Shown: positions 27,109 through 40,107, numbered from the stretch's first letter. The stretch is DNA of 64,000 nucleotides from Octopus sinensis (GCF_006345805.1 NC_043005.1:62744001-62808000), one strand, 5' to 3'. The notes: generated from the sequence alone by a model not told the origin. Program-made: numbers and translations.

Positions 27109-28521
27109 GTATGATAGTTAGTAGAAGCAGAAAACTTAATAAAACATTACTCTGAATAATTTCTTATTTCTGATTCTCTGATAATATTGATAAACAGAAC
27201 AAGAAAAAAAAAAAAGAAACAAATATTTGCAGAAATATACAAAATTTATGTGGTGTTGGAAAATGCCCATTAGACCTCATTCCTCAAATCCGAAATATAG
27301 CAAAATGGAAAAAAAAGAAATGCATCCTTAAAAGGTAAGAGTGATACAGGGTAGGGATGATAAGGCGTGACGGCAGTAAATAGAGGAAAAAATATTATAT
27401 TGAAATATTGCACTTGCATGGGAGGAAAAGCCATTTGTTATTAAAATTATCAGATTAAGTATGCATGCAATTAAACTGTAAAGAAAATATATTAAAAATA
27501 TATATTCCTATAAGATCAATAATTAAAAAAATACATATAAATTCATACTAAGGAATTTTTCTGTGAAAATGTGTATGTAGAAAATTGTGTCATAATGGGG
27601 AGTGAGGGAAGAGGAGTGGGAAAACGTATTTATTAAAATTATTGAATTAAAAATATTGAATTAAAATATGTGTGCTGGTAAATTACAATGAAAATGTATT
27701 AAAAATGTGTTTGTGTAAGAATGATAAGTATACACAAACATACACATGTATGTGTGTGTATGTGTGTGTATATATATATATATCTTCATACAAGAGAGTT
27801 TTCCAGTAGAAGAGACATAAAAGAAATAAAGTGAATGTGAAGCTGAACAACAAGACAACAAAAGCCAAATTGATTTTAGCAATATTGATTAAGAAGGCCT
27901 ATAATGAACCAAATGTAATAAGAACTTGTAGCTAAGAAAATAAAGTTCATATTTCCATATTTTCCATTCAAACCTAGAGAATCCAGGGACAAAATAAGCA
28001 GCCTTTTGGATTGACACATCTTTGGCTAAAAACCTTCATGGTGATACGAAAGTGCTAGTTTCAAGGTTTAGTAAGGAATATTTAAAGTAAGGCTAAGTAT
28101 ATTTCAATAAGTGCACCGTGGAATACTTTGACATCAACCATTTACATGCTAATTCAACGATCAGGTAACTCAATTGATCAAACAACTGAATCTGCATAGT
28201 CAAAACCAATAGAATAATCACACACACACACACACACAATTATAGTAGTATTTATTTTGATGCTGATGGGATAGCCAGCAATTCTCAATTAGAAATGCAA
28301 AATTTCACACTCCACTATTATGCTTGACAAGAATATTGTCAACCATTATGACAGTTTTATGATGGAAGTCAATCAGTAATTATCTTGTTGATAAATTTGG
28401 TTTAAATTTGTTGGCATGAAACCGATGGTACTAGATTTTTAACATAAATTCCCCCAAAAAGTGAATACACACACACTTACATTTATGTATGTATGTATGT
28501 ATGTATGTATGTATGTATGTG

Positions 28522-29480
28522 CGTGTGGAGTGGGGGCTGTCTAGTAAGAAGCTTGCTTTCCAACCATATGGTTTTTGGGTGCAGTCCCGCTGTGTAGCAC
28601 CATCGGCAAGTACCTTCTACTATAGCCTCAAACCAACCAAAGCTTTGTGAGTGGATTTCATCATCATCATCATCATCATCATCGTTTAACGTCTACTTTC
28701 CATGCTAGCATGGGTTGGACGATTTTGACTGAGGGCTGGCAAACCAGATGGTTGCACCAGTCTCCAATCTTGATTTGGCAGAGTTTCTACAGCTGGATGC
28801 CCTTCCTAACGCCAATCACTCCGAGAGTGTAGTGGGTGCTTTTTACGTGCCACCAGCATGGGGGCCAGTCAGGCAGTACTGGCAACGACCTCGTTTGAAT
28901 CCTTTTACACATGCCACCAGCACAGGTGCCAGTAAGGCAACGTTGGTAACGATCACGCTCGATACTGGCTTCATTCCTTGCGAGCTTATGGATGTCCTTA
29001 GCAGTCAGAGCCCATGTTTCACTGCCGTGTAGCATGGCTGTTCGTACACAAGCATCATACAGTCTACCTTTTACTCTGAGCGAGAGGCCCTTTGTCGCCA
29101 GCAGAGGTAAGAGCTCTCTGAACTTTGCCCAAGCTATTCTCATTCTAGCAGCTACACTTTCAGCGCACCCACCTCCGCTACTGACTTGGTCCCCTAGGTA
29201 ATGGAAGCTATCGACTTGGAAAGAAGCCCATCGTTTATGTGTGTTTATATATGTATGATTTTGTGTATGATTGTGTCTGTGTTTATCCCCCACCACTGCT
29301 TGACAACTAGTGTTTGCGTGTTTCCATCACCATAATTTAGTGATTCAGTAAAAGACAACAATAAAGTAAGTACAAAGCTTAAAAGGAAGGCAAGTATTGG
29401 GGTCAATTCTTTCAATTAAAAATTCTTCAAGGTGGTGTCCCAGCATGGCCACAGTCTAATGACTGAAACAAGTAAAAGAT
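28522..29480 (+). mobile_element. CORE-type SINE split by an RTE insertion
   Basis: Head 28522-28658 ends GTGAGTGGATTT; resumes at about 29218 with GAAAGAAGCCCATCG and ends ATGACTGAAACAAGTAAAAG. Confidence 0.85.
28659..29216 (-). mobile_element. RTE LINE 3' fragment (ORF remnant joined to 3'UTR and (GAT)n tail)
   Basis: VDSFHYLGDQVSSGGGCAESVAARMRIAWAKFRELLPLLATKGLSLRVKGRLYDACVRTAMLHGSETW, followed by the same UTR as the 16759 family. Confidence 0.93.
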
Positions 29481-29494
29481 GCAAATAAAGTTTA

Positions 29495-30535
29495 TATGTA
29501 TAGTGATACAGAAATGGCTCACTTCCCGAAAGTTGTCTGATCCTTCATTGTCAAAATCTGAAAGGAACTGGAAGCTGCTGATAGGGATCAGCACCAGCAG
29601 CTTAATGCAAATCACATACACAAAATCCTAATGCCATCAGAACACATAAATGTGCACAAAAAGTCCTAGAAATAATCGATAAAAATGCTGGTAAGTCAAT
29701 CAAAACCATAACAGAGGACCTTGAGTTTTCAGAGTGACAGCATCAGAAGAGTTGTGTATGAGGACACCTGGTACAAGTTGTATGTGATGCAGAGGTATAC
29801 ATTTATGTCAGATGTGACAAGAGAGAAGCATTCAAATAGTGCAAAGTGCTAGTTAAACAGCTAAACATTAAAAAGCTAGAATGCTTTGATTTTTCTCCAA
29901 TAACAAAAACTTAGACTAGGACCAAAATGTAAGCCAAATAAAAGACAGATATGCAAACCTGAATGATGTTCCAATGGTCACACATACTAAGTTCCCAATA
30001 ATCGTGATGGATTTGGGAATCATTGACAATGAGTGAGATGTCATACTCTCTCACTTTCTTTCACAAGGTTTAAGACTCAATGACTCATTCTACACAGAGG
30101 TGGTGGAGATAATTGTGAGGCCCTAGGTAGACAGAGTATGAAATGAAGACTCTAAGGCTAGGACAATCCAAGCATAGATGTGTACCAATCACCATGATCA
30201 TGTTCTTCCAGACACATGGTTTCCTAGCTCATCAGGCCTCAATGCACATATGGAGCATAGTCAAGAGAGAGGTCAATCAACAACCCCATAACCCCATACA
30301 ATCCTACAATCTGCCATAACCAGCAATATGTCCAAAATTAAAAAAGATTATCTGATTCCGGTATGTCAATGCTTCCAACCTTGTAATAAAGTAGCCATTG
30401 ATGCTAACAGTGGCTTCATGGAATAGGTGTGATAAAAAGATTCTCAAGATTATTTGTACCAATTTGATTTTAAATACAGTTTCTCTTTGATGAGCTATGC
30501 ATCTTTTTCTAAATTCATACAAATGACCTCAATCT
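29495..30535 (+). mobile_element. Decayed Tc1/mariner-superfamily transposon (maT/DD37D-like transposase pseudogene)
   Basis: Relic peptides *FFSNNKNLD*DQ (cf. WFFSDEKNF), DVPMVTHTKFPIIVMDLGII, HFLSQGLRLN, WFPSSSGLN (cf. WPPSSPDLNP), VAIDANSGFME*. Confidence 0.8.
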
Positions 30536-30715
30536 ATATATATATTTATTTTATATATAATCTAGTACCAATTGATTTCATGCTAACAAGTAAATCAGAA
30601 ATTATCAATAAGATAGTTGCTGATTAACCTGCCAGCATGAAGCCCTCCTTATGGTTGACAGCATTCTTGTCAAGCATAATGATGGAATGTCAACTTTTGA
30701 GTTTCTAACTGACAT

Positions 30716-30752
30716 CCATCCTTCCATCTAGCCATCCATCCACACACACACA

Positions 30753-30818
<66 letters not shown>

Positions 30819-30826
30819 CATACATA
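30716..30826. repeat. Compound (CATC)(CA)(CATA)(TA) microsatellite
   Basis: Direct observation. Confidence 0.9.
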
Positions 30827-31105
30827 GCTGCTACAGTGTAAATAACCTACTACGTATTTTCTAGTTTATTAACTGAATATTGCCACCATGATTTATTAAG
30901 CAATTAATTTATTTCATATTCACCTTGACTGAAAATTCACATGCAAAAAGTAAAAATTTTACAACAATGTCACAGAAGATTTTTTTTTCCAAGTCATATT
31001 TTGTGTAAATATAAAAAAAAAATCAGAAGTGTTCTTTTTTTCTCATGCAAAACAATATCTTAAAATTCAAGTAAGAAATAAAATGAGAGAATAATTTCCC
31101 ATTAC

Positions 31106-31135
31106 CAATTCTTTCCTGGTGGTCTTTCTTTTCAT
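31106..31135 (-). CDS. Candidate 30-nt phase-1/phase-1 exon of the minus-strand MAGUK gene
   Basis: Very strong acceptor cttcttttttttttttcAG, donor TTG|GTaatg; reads (x)EKKDHQERI and splices in frame to 3256 (G+AT = Asp). No homology support. Confidence 0.4.
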
Positions 31136-31345
31136 CTGAAAAAAAAAAAAGAAGTTATAATAGAAAAAGTGTTTAAAATTTTTTAATGAATTTGTGGTTT
31201 TAATTTTAAAATACATAGTTTGTTTCATAGTTTTCTGTGACTCAAATTTCTTATTCTATCTCAAAATGATAACACACTTTTCTAAATAAACCTTAAATGA
31301 AATAAATTTAAGATTCATAGTCCATTATGCTGTGAAAGCTTATAG

Positions 31346-31722
31346 ATGCAGGTGTAGCTGTTTGGTAAGTTGTGCTTCCAAGCTATGTGGTTTTGGGTTT
31401 AGTCCCACTGTGTGATACCGTGGGTATGTATTTACTATTGTGGTGGATTTGGTAGAAAAAATTGAAAGAAGTCTATCAAGTGTATGTGAGTGCATGTGTG
31501 TGCACATGTGTGTATATATATGTTCACATTTATATCTTTGTGTTTGTCTTTGAGTTTGTTTACATCTCTATAACTGTGGTTTGGCAAAAAAAAACCAATA
31601 GAATAAGTATAAAGCTTTAAGGAAAAATTAGCATTGGGGCAATTCATTTGACTAAAACCCTACAAGGCGGTGCCTCAGTAAGGTCATATTCCAGTGACTG
31701 AAATAAGTAAAAGATAAAAGAA
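31346..31722 (+). mobile_element. CORE-type SINE
   Basis: ATGCAGGTGTAGCTG...GGGTTTAGTCCCACTG...GGATTTGGTAG...GACTGAAATAAGTAAAAG. Confidence 0.8.
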
Positions 31723-32202
31723 TGTTACAGTAGATAGTAAATAATGCAGATTAAACCTATCAAAGTCAAATATTTGATAACTTTCACACGGAAAGGAACT
31801 GCAAGTAAATGTAATTTAATGTGTTAATGTCAGAATTACATGGGACAAGCTGTTGGGACTTTGTTAGAAATAAAGAAGTTATGAAATCGATTGCTGATCG
31901 CTTTTTAACTGATATAAATTCATTTTCTTAAGATCATATTCAAAGAGAACAATTTATGATGTAGATCATAGATCAGTCATGTATCATCTCCATTTGAAAA
32001 TGGCCAGGTCTTGAAAGTCATTTTAAAATTACAGTACTATAAAAGAGTTTATCAATTTATAATTCACTAAGAATGCAGCTTTGTTGAGTAGAAAACTGAT
32101 AGATGAGAGAGAGAGATAACAATAAATACTGAGGTACTCAGAATAGTAATTGATGTGTAAGTATCTGTCTGAAGTATAAATTGACAAAGAAGACAGAGGA
32201 AG

Positions 32203-32204
<2 letters not shown>

Positions 32205-32270
<66 letters not shown>
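32205..32270. repeat. (GT)n(TA)n microsatellite
   Basis: Direct observation. Confidence 0.9.
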
Positions 32271-33733
32271 TGTATGTATGTTTACATGTATATATATTAT
32301 TCAGAAAGCTAATGTACATAGACATTAAGTATTTGTGTAGAATGGTGAGCAAGATAAATTCTAGAGCATTTCAAAGCAACAGCAATGAGAAAGTGAAGAA
32401 GATGAGGGAAAAGTGAAATATTTTTATCAATAAAAGCAATTTTATTTCGTTTAATACAGTCAACTAGGATAATGTTTGAACAGAGTCTAGGGTTACAAAA
32501 AGTTTGTAAATTGCAGTGGGCTTTAGACAGCATGTAAGTAATTTCTAAATGAAATTAATTTAAGCTCCTTCTTCTTTTCAACTTGTGGAAAAGTGTCCAA
32601 GAATCTCAAATGCATATGCTCTCATACCACCCACTAACTTGCATTCAATTTGTTTGGAACATTACCCTGATGCTACAACCCAATACTGACTGGTGGTGAA
32701 TGCTCTTCAATTGAAAATAGTGACCAATCAGGAGAAGTTGCCATTAAAGGAATACCAAGTAATGTTTAATCCAGTGTGCCATTTAACCATTTAATCAATG
32801 AGTGCAGAGAATCAAGATAAATATCAGCAGAGATATGGGTGTTAGCTATAGACATAGTTTCTTATTATTTCTTGCTATAACAGTGCTGCGGGAATCTACA
32901 AAATTGGTTGACCTGCTACACATAGCAGGTAAATCATATTTACATCATTGTACTCTGCTGTTTTGAACAATGGATAATATACCCCAGATATATGAAAGGA
33001 TGAGATGGTCAAGGTTGGAATACCTTTGGAACTAATCAATAAGAAGCAACCGTCTGATGCAACTGTCATCATCACCATTATCATCCTCAAACTCACCCAA
33101 CTTTAACTTTCCACACATTGACATTTCCACCTCAACAGATATCAATACCTCCATAAACAACATGCACTGGTTCTACATAGTATTTTAACCTGCAAGGAAT
33201 AGCTACCAAATTTTTTATCAATTACACCCTACTATCTCAAATACAGGACACATGAGATAGTGTAGTTTTAGAGACTGCTGAAAAGATGAATTGGATATGG
33301 CTGGAAAGCATTTGAATGCTATTGTGAGAAGTAAATATAAGAATTGATAAAGCCTAGGCACATAGGGAAATGTAGGTGGATTTATGTATGATGATGTTGA
33401 AAGTAAGGTTGCATTCCAGAATATTATCATTTAGTGTTTAGTTACTATTTTGTTTTACTAGCTATGACAACTTGGTGCATGACTTCATGTGATACAAAAC
33501 TGCTCTGCATAGATAAAAGAGAGGGAAGCCTTCTTGAAAGCTTTTCATTTTATTAGGTCAGATATTGGAATAAAGCATTTTAAACAGCAAAAATCAGTGC
33601 TGCCCTTTCAGAATCAAAATATTTGAAGTTAATGTTACAGTTAAGGCAATATTGAGGAGTAGGAGCTCAGTTTGGTTGTCATGGTTCCTGCAATGAATTC
33701 TACTTATAGAGCTGCTGATTATATATTATTTCT

Positions 33734-33945
33734 GGATTGGCAGGATTGTTAGAGCATTGGACAAAATGCCTTGCAGTATTTCTTCAGGTTCTTAATATTC
33801 TGGCTTCAAACCTTGTTGAGGTCAGCTTATTCTTTCATCCCTTCAGGATTAATAAAATAAAGTTTGAGTCAAGGACTGGGTTCAAAGTAAATGACTAACC
33901 TGCTCCCCTCCCAAATGCTTCCCTCCAATTTAAATAAGAAACAAT
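33734..33945 (+). mobile_element. Nin/Deu-like SINE
   Basis: TGGCAGGATTGTTAGAGC...TTCAAACC...CTTTCATCCCTTCAGGATTAATAAAATAA. Confidence 0.7.
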
Positions 33946-34033
33946 AAGTCGGTAAGCAATATTAATTCATGTCCTTAAATAAATTTATGCCTTTGCACAA
34001 AATATAAAATACTCATGCAATATTATAATGTAA

Positions 34034-34446
34034 TTCTTTTTTTCTTTTACTTGTTTCAGTCATTTGACTGCAACCATGTTGGAGTACTATCTTTAGTTGA
34101 ACACATTGACGCCAGGACTTGTTCATTGTAAGCCTGGTACTTATTCTATCAACAAAAGATTGCTGAACTGCTAAGTTATGGGGACGTAAACACGCCAGCA
34201 TTGGTTGTCAAGCAATGGTGGGGAGACAAAAATACATACACATATGCACACACACACACACACAAATATATATACATATATATGATGAGCTTCTTTGAGT
34301 TTCCACCAACCAAATCTATACACACAACTTTGGTCTGCCCAAGGCTATAATAGAAGGCATTCACCCAAGATGCCACGCAGTGGGACTGAACCTGGAACCA
34401 TGTGGTAGTGAAACAAGCTTATTACCACACAGCCATGCCTGCACCT
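34034..34446 (-). mobile_element. Full-length CORE-type SINE
   Basis: Minus strand GGTGCAGGCATGGCTGTGTGGTAA...CAGGTTCAGTCCCACTGCGTGGCATCTTGGGTG... internal (TG)n ...ATGACTGAAACAAGTAAAAG. Confidence 0.88.
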
Positions 34447-34621
34447 ATATAATGTAAATGCTTGGTTAGCAATCTTTGAATATATTTAATTATTTCAAAT
34501 TTTATGTTGTATAAGTACATTCCATAAGGATGTGCGTTTTGATTTTTGTGGACAGTTTTGTAGTCTGCAAGATGAGAAGTGGTCATTACCTCCCTGTTCA
34601 ACACTCCTCTATCTTTTTGAT

Positions 34622-34922
34622 CAGTATTTCCCAAACTTTTTCAGGCTGCCACCCTGTTGATTCTAAGGTCACATTCCTAGTACCCCCCTCCCACGCACCA
34701 TCACAGACACAGACCATTTTCTGCAGCAAATACAAGACAACAATATTTCACAAATAAAACTTAACCTAATTAACTCTTTACTTTGCTTGTTATTTTTTAC
34801 ATTTATTACCCTGTTTTGGTCACCCTATTATCACCCCATCTTTCTTCAACAACCCCCTGGATCTTTCCACAACCCCAGTGGTGGTGGGTGGGGGACAGTA
34901 CCACTCACTTTGGGAACGACTG
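34622..34922. mobile_element. hAT (Charlie-type) MITE
   Basis: TIRs CAGTATTTCCCAAA and TTTGGGAACGACTG; 8-bp TSD TTTTTGAT / TTTTGGAT (1 mismatch). Confidence 0.82.
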
Positions 34923-35009
34923 TTTTGGATAAATGATTCACAGTGAGTGATCCCCTATGACACTCACATTGCATAGAAGCATAGCTAATTAAAGAAAAGA
35001 TAATACTTG

Positions 35010-35140
35010 TACTTGGCTAGTATTTCATCAGAAGGATGAAAAGCAAAGTTGACCTTGGCAGAATCTGAACTCAAAATACAGAGTTAGAAAAATCACAAAC
35101 AATTTGCTCAGTGTTCTAATGATTTTACCAATCCACTACA
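35010..35140 (-). mobile_element. Nin/Deu-like SINE fragment
   Basis: GAAGGATGAAAAGCAAAGTTGACCTTGGCAGAATCTGAACTCA matches the 1598 copy. Confidence 0.75.
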
Positions 35141-35689
35141 TTTTTTCTATTAGATTATAAACTTGATCATTATTTTAGAAAAATGGCTTGTCAAACAAAG
35201 TTTCCCCATTTCTATTCTGTGATAATATTGAAGTATTTTGTTTGAAAAGTTTACATGCACAAAAATAAATGGAGAATATTAGCAATACAAATTGGTCCAA
35301 CCTGGACTTGCATGTTAAAGAAGATTAACATAACGTTTTCTTACATAATGTTTTCTTGAACTAACAAATGAGTTGAATTATGAAATCATTAATGTGTGTT
35401 GTAGTATTGAAAAGAGGAATTGGAGTAAACTAGATTTCAGTAGAGTTAAATACCACTGCTTAATTTTAATAGCAAACCAGTGTACATTATTTCACAAATT
35501 GCTTGAATATCAAAAATACTATTTCAGACTGTAGCAATCAGTAATAGTGTTCTAAATTAGATTTTCAGATGTTTTACACTTATGATTGATTGCTTGTTAT
35601 CTGCCTGTTTGTCTGTCTTCCTATCTTATCTGGACATGTGCATGTGAATGTGTGTGTGTATGTGTGTGTATGTATGTATATTTTCAGGA

Positions 35690-36255
35690 ACTATATTGTC
35701 CAGTGTATCCTTCCTCTTTAGACTAGTTGATGTGTAATTTGAAGGCTATTTGGCTAGTATTTCTAGCATTCAAACCCAGATTAGATTGGATCATGCAGAC
35801 CTAACCTGAGAGCATGATTAAAAAAAAAATTCCAGCCTTAATTGTCACATTTTTCATATATACCCAATGTATCCTTCCTTTATAATTAGTGGTATGCGTT
35901 CTTATATCCTAGGGACTACATCCTCCAATGTACTCCTCATCATTCAAGACAGCAGTTGTGGAATTTGAGGGAAATTTGGCTGCTCTGTCTTGTAGTAGTT
36001 TTAAGATGGGTGGTGTATGATTTGTGAAAGTTTTGGGTGCTATACCTAGCAGCTCAGATAATTCCTGAAATGTTCTATTGTTATTTCACCTCATTAGGCC
36101 TCACATAGGCTTATTATAAAAAGGCATTCAAACCATCACTATCCTGTCTTTTTGTATAACAGGACAATGTTATCCAATGTATTCTTGTTTTTGATAGGCT
36201 GTAGAATTTATTTGAGTGATATTTAGTTTCTATTTCAAGCAGTTTGAGCAACCAC
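35690..36255 (-). repeat. Family A repeat, four tandem partial units
   Basis: Recurring CCAATGTATCCTTCCT...ATTTGAGGG..ATTTGGCTGCTATTTCTAGC-like unit near 35700, 35930, 36010 and 36170. Confidence 0.65.
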
Positions 36256-37187
36256 TCAGTCGGCACACACTAGACCAAGCATGAGCAACCTTTACTGAGA
36301 AGGAGGCTATATGGAATAAGGCTCATCATCAGGTAGGCTGCATTACTAAACAAATATTTTGTAATTTTTTGTCCCATGAGCTGTAGTTTCCCCAATTGCA
36401 ACAGACATTCATTTATAGAGAGAGAGAAAGAGAGAGAAGGGGTGGTGGTGGCAGAGAGAAGATAAATACTTCATATAGAGGGAGAGAGACTGAGATGTTC
36501 AAGTTATCCTAAATTTTCAGTTCCCAGTGAAACATGGTTACACATTGCATGAAAACTAGTCACCTGTTGCTACAGTGGCAGTATGTGTGTGTGGATATGC
36601 ACACAAAAAATTATTTAGTATGGGAACTAAACAATATTTGAAATGTTAATGTTTGATATAGGCTTGTGCTAATAAATTATTTTATTAACCTTTAGATGGA
36701 TAAAAATCAACCATAGTATGATTTTAATTTTAAATTTAAAGAGAAAAAATCTCAATAATATAATACACTTAGCCTCACTCTAAACTGTTTCAAGTCTACC
36801 TTTCAGGATTATTTCTTATGTACATCATCAAAAACATTCTCAAAATGAATAATTTAATAAACAGGTTTTTTTAATTCTATAACAGACTTATTTACCAATG
36901 TCTGTAAGTGGTGTGATAAAATAAATTGTCCTCAGTATACTTTATACATTTTATCTAAGGCTTTCATTGGTCAGTATTGACCATGTATCTGTACCCATAG
37001 CAAAGGTTTTGTGGATGACTAGTAGTTAGTTTTCCATGCAAATTCTTTTTCTCCATGCCACCATTTTCCAAGGGAAAGGCAATATCAATAAAGCTTGGCA
37101 CCAGTGTTGTTGCAAGCATTAGCATTAGAAGGCAGAGCTGTATTGCAAAGCCTTTTGTTTGAGACTCTAGTGTTTCTTCTCTGAAAT

Positions 37188-37332
37188 GGTACTATTGTTT
37201 TTTTAATTTACTCTGAAAGTATGAAAGGCAAAGCTGACCCCAGCAAGATTTGAACTCACAAAACAGAGAATCAGAAAAAAATATCACGAAGCATTCTACT
37301 TGATACTCTGATAACAGTCATTTCACTACCTT
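37188..37332 (-). mobile_element. Nin/Deu-like SINE fragment
   Basis: GAAAGTATGAAAGGCAAAGCTGACCCCAGCAAGATTTGAACTCA. Confidence 0.72.
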
Positions 37333-39689
37333 ATGTTCTTGGTTACTTCTTGCATATTTAACAATCAAGTTTAAAAAGGTCTATCACTTTTTTGTAGAGT
37401 TCTCTAAATTAAAAGTTTTGAACAGCAAAATAAACTATCAAAAGCAATCTTGGATTTTTTTCTCTTTGATAAGATTATTTCATAACTGTTATGTAAAGAT
37501 TGTGTTGTATTTCTTGTCTAACAACACAAGATATTGCTCCAGAAAATTGATAAGCTAGTATGAGACAAATTTTAAGCAAGTTAATTCTTAAGCCACAAGG
37601 CTTTTGGTTTCTAAAAATATTTGAATAATATAAAAGCTAGTACTTCACAGCTTCACATACTGTGGTTGTGTTAGAGAAATATATGTTTACTATCAAAACT
37701 GTGTATTAACTGCCTGCTCTTTCATGCTCAAAGTGTCATCACATACATATATGTAGTTGATATTGTAAGAAATGGATCATTCTCAAAAAAATATGGTATT
37801 AGGATTTTTAAAGTTTAAAAAAAAACAAACAAACTTTAAGCTCTTATGAAAGCAATGAAACACATGTACATACAGCCAATATTAAACCAGGTTTAAGAAA
37901 TATATATCTTCCTCAATCTTGCAAATAGCTCTTAAATTTCTTTCACTTTTTACCCTTTCAAGTCATTGAGACGTATTTGAGATGAATCTTTTGAAACTCT
38001 TAGATTTCTGATAAGTATCCTATTTTGCTTCAACTTAAAATGGTGGTTTATTTGAAAGCATTCTGTTTAGTAGGTTACAGAAGAATTAAATTGGAAAAGC
38101 ATAAGGAAAAAACATCCAAAATTCAGCAGATCAGAGGAAGAAATATAAAAAAAAAATTATTGCAGGAAGGAACAGATGTATGGTGATGTTGTTAAGGACT
38201 GTATATGAGTAAATGACAAAAAATATATACATAAAAAAAAAACTAGAAATATTATAAGCTTCAAAACCACAATACAACAGAGAGAATGAGTGAATGAAAA
38301 TATACTGTAATGAAAGGAGAGGAAATGAATGAGGAAGACATGGAAAAACAGTGTAACAACATGAAAAAGTAGAAATATGAATAATACCAGAACAGAAAGA
38401 AATCCTTTTATATGGAGGGAGAAGCAGACAAAAAAAAAAAAAAAAGAAACAAAAGAAACACACACACACAAATGTATGTGTATGAAAAGCAGAAAGAGAG
38501 AGAAAAGGTTGAAATAATGTGTTCAAAAGAAAGAGGGACAGTTAGATGAGGACATAGAGATGAATCTGTACAGAAAAAACGAAAACAAATACAAATTGTC
38601 TGAGAGAAATGCAAAAAGTCACACAAAGAAAATTCCTTTTCCTAAAACAGTTGTTAAGGAGCCAGAATAGATGAGCAACAAAATATGCATAACTGTTAAT
38701 GTAGAGCATGGGGAAAAACAATCAATACTAAATGTTTTCTGCTATTGAAAGCATCATTTTATGGCATGCCTAAAACACAGTATTTTAAACACTATAAAAT
38801 TTCTTTACAAACGATTGCTCAGCAGCAAAATATAGAAAAACAAATATAAACTTTATATAGTTTGTATTTGCTGCTTGAGCTATGAAAATTGCCACATCAC
38901 AATATATATCATAATGAATAAGGATAAAAATTAAGAAGGACATCCAACAGTCTTCATATACCATTTCCAAATATTAAAACTAAAATATCCACAGATACTT
39001 AGTAAAGGACAGCTACAGAATAAAAAGAAAAAGAAGTAAAAAGGAAGACAAGAAAAAAATGTAGCTGTATTTTGTTACTATTATAACGTTGCAAAATAAC
39101 TGGTTCATGTATATTCTGATAATGATAAGAAACTGAATAAAAAGACATTTAGAGCTATCCTAAGTTATAAGATGATTCTGAAAAAAATGTTAGCAGCTAT
39201 CATATTGTAGAAGAAAATAAAAACTCTTTATTCACTCCTTTTATACTCCAAATATTCATTATGATAGATATGTTATTATGAACAAAAACCCTTTGAAAGA
39301 AAACTTAATACAATAACACCAAAATATGAAATCACTTAACATAGATTGAAACATTTGGCTGGAACAGTTCATGAAAAGTTAATTGAATCTTGCTAAAATA
39401 ACAATTTATTTTGATATTTACATACTGGCATTGGTGAGCTAGAAAATTTTAAAATGGAAATTTCTGTATTCATTCTTGAAGAAATCTGATAAACTAACTC
39501 ATTTTATTTAGCAAAATTTTTGTGCTTGATATCTCCCATCTGAAGCAACCACCAGTTCCTTCATATTTCATTGTAACACTTTAAAAACTACAGTTTTTCA
39601 GCAAATAATTAGTAAGAATCAGTACATAATTTTAAAAGTAATTTGTAAACTGCCTGCAATAGAATTCTGTTCCACAGTTCCTTTATTAA

Positions 39690-40107
39690 ACAGGCTTGCG
39701 AAGACCTGTTGGGGCAAGTGAAATCGGAATCGAAATTGAACCAATCCTATGACTGGCACCCGGCAGATGCCAGGACCCCTGGACTGGAGATACGTAAAAA
39801 GCACTATCCGAATCGTGGCCGATGCCAGTGCCGCCTCGACTGGCTTCCGTGCAGGTGGCACGTAAAATGCACCAATCCGACTGTGGCCGATGCCAGCCTC
39901 GCCTGGCACCAGTGCAGGTGGCACGTAAAAAGCACCCACTACACTCACGGAGTGGTTGGCGTTAGGAAGGGCATCCAACTGTAGAAACATTGCCAGATAA
40001 GACCGGAGCCTGGTGCAGCCTTCTGGCTTCCCAGATCCCCGGTTGAACCGTCCAACCCATGCTAGCATGGAGAACGGACGTTAAACGATGATGATGATGA
40101 TGATGAT
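39690..40107 (+). mobile_element. RTE-type 3'UTR element (longest, young copy) with internal ~60-bp repeats and (GAT)n tail
   Basis: CpG-rich; GTGGCCGATGCCAG...GTGCAGGTGGCACGTAAAA(A/T)GCACC repeated; 3' part almost identical to 16759-17076. Confidence 0.9.

Larger units (their letters stand above)
28285..30712. repeat. Diverged ~153-bp inverted repeat pair (28285-28437 and 30559-30712) enclosing nested TEs
   Basis: ATTATGCTTGACAAGAAT..TGTCAACCAT, AATCAG.AA.TATCTT.TTGATAA and GCATGAAA...TGGTACTAGATT occur in both orientations. Confidence 0.85.
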
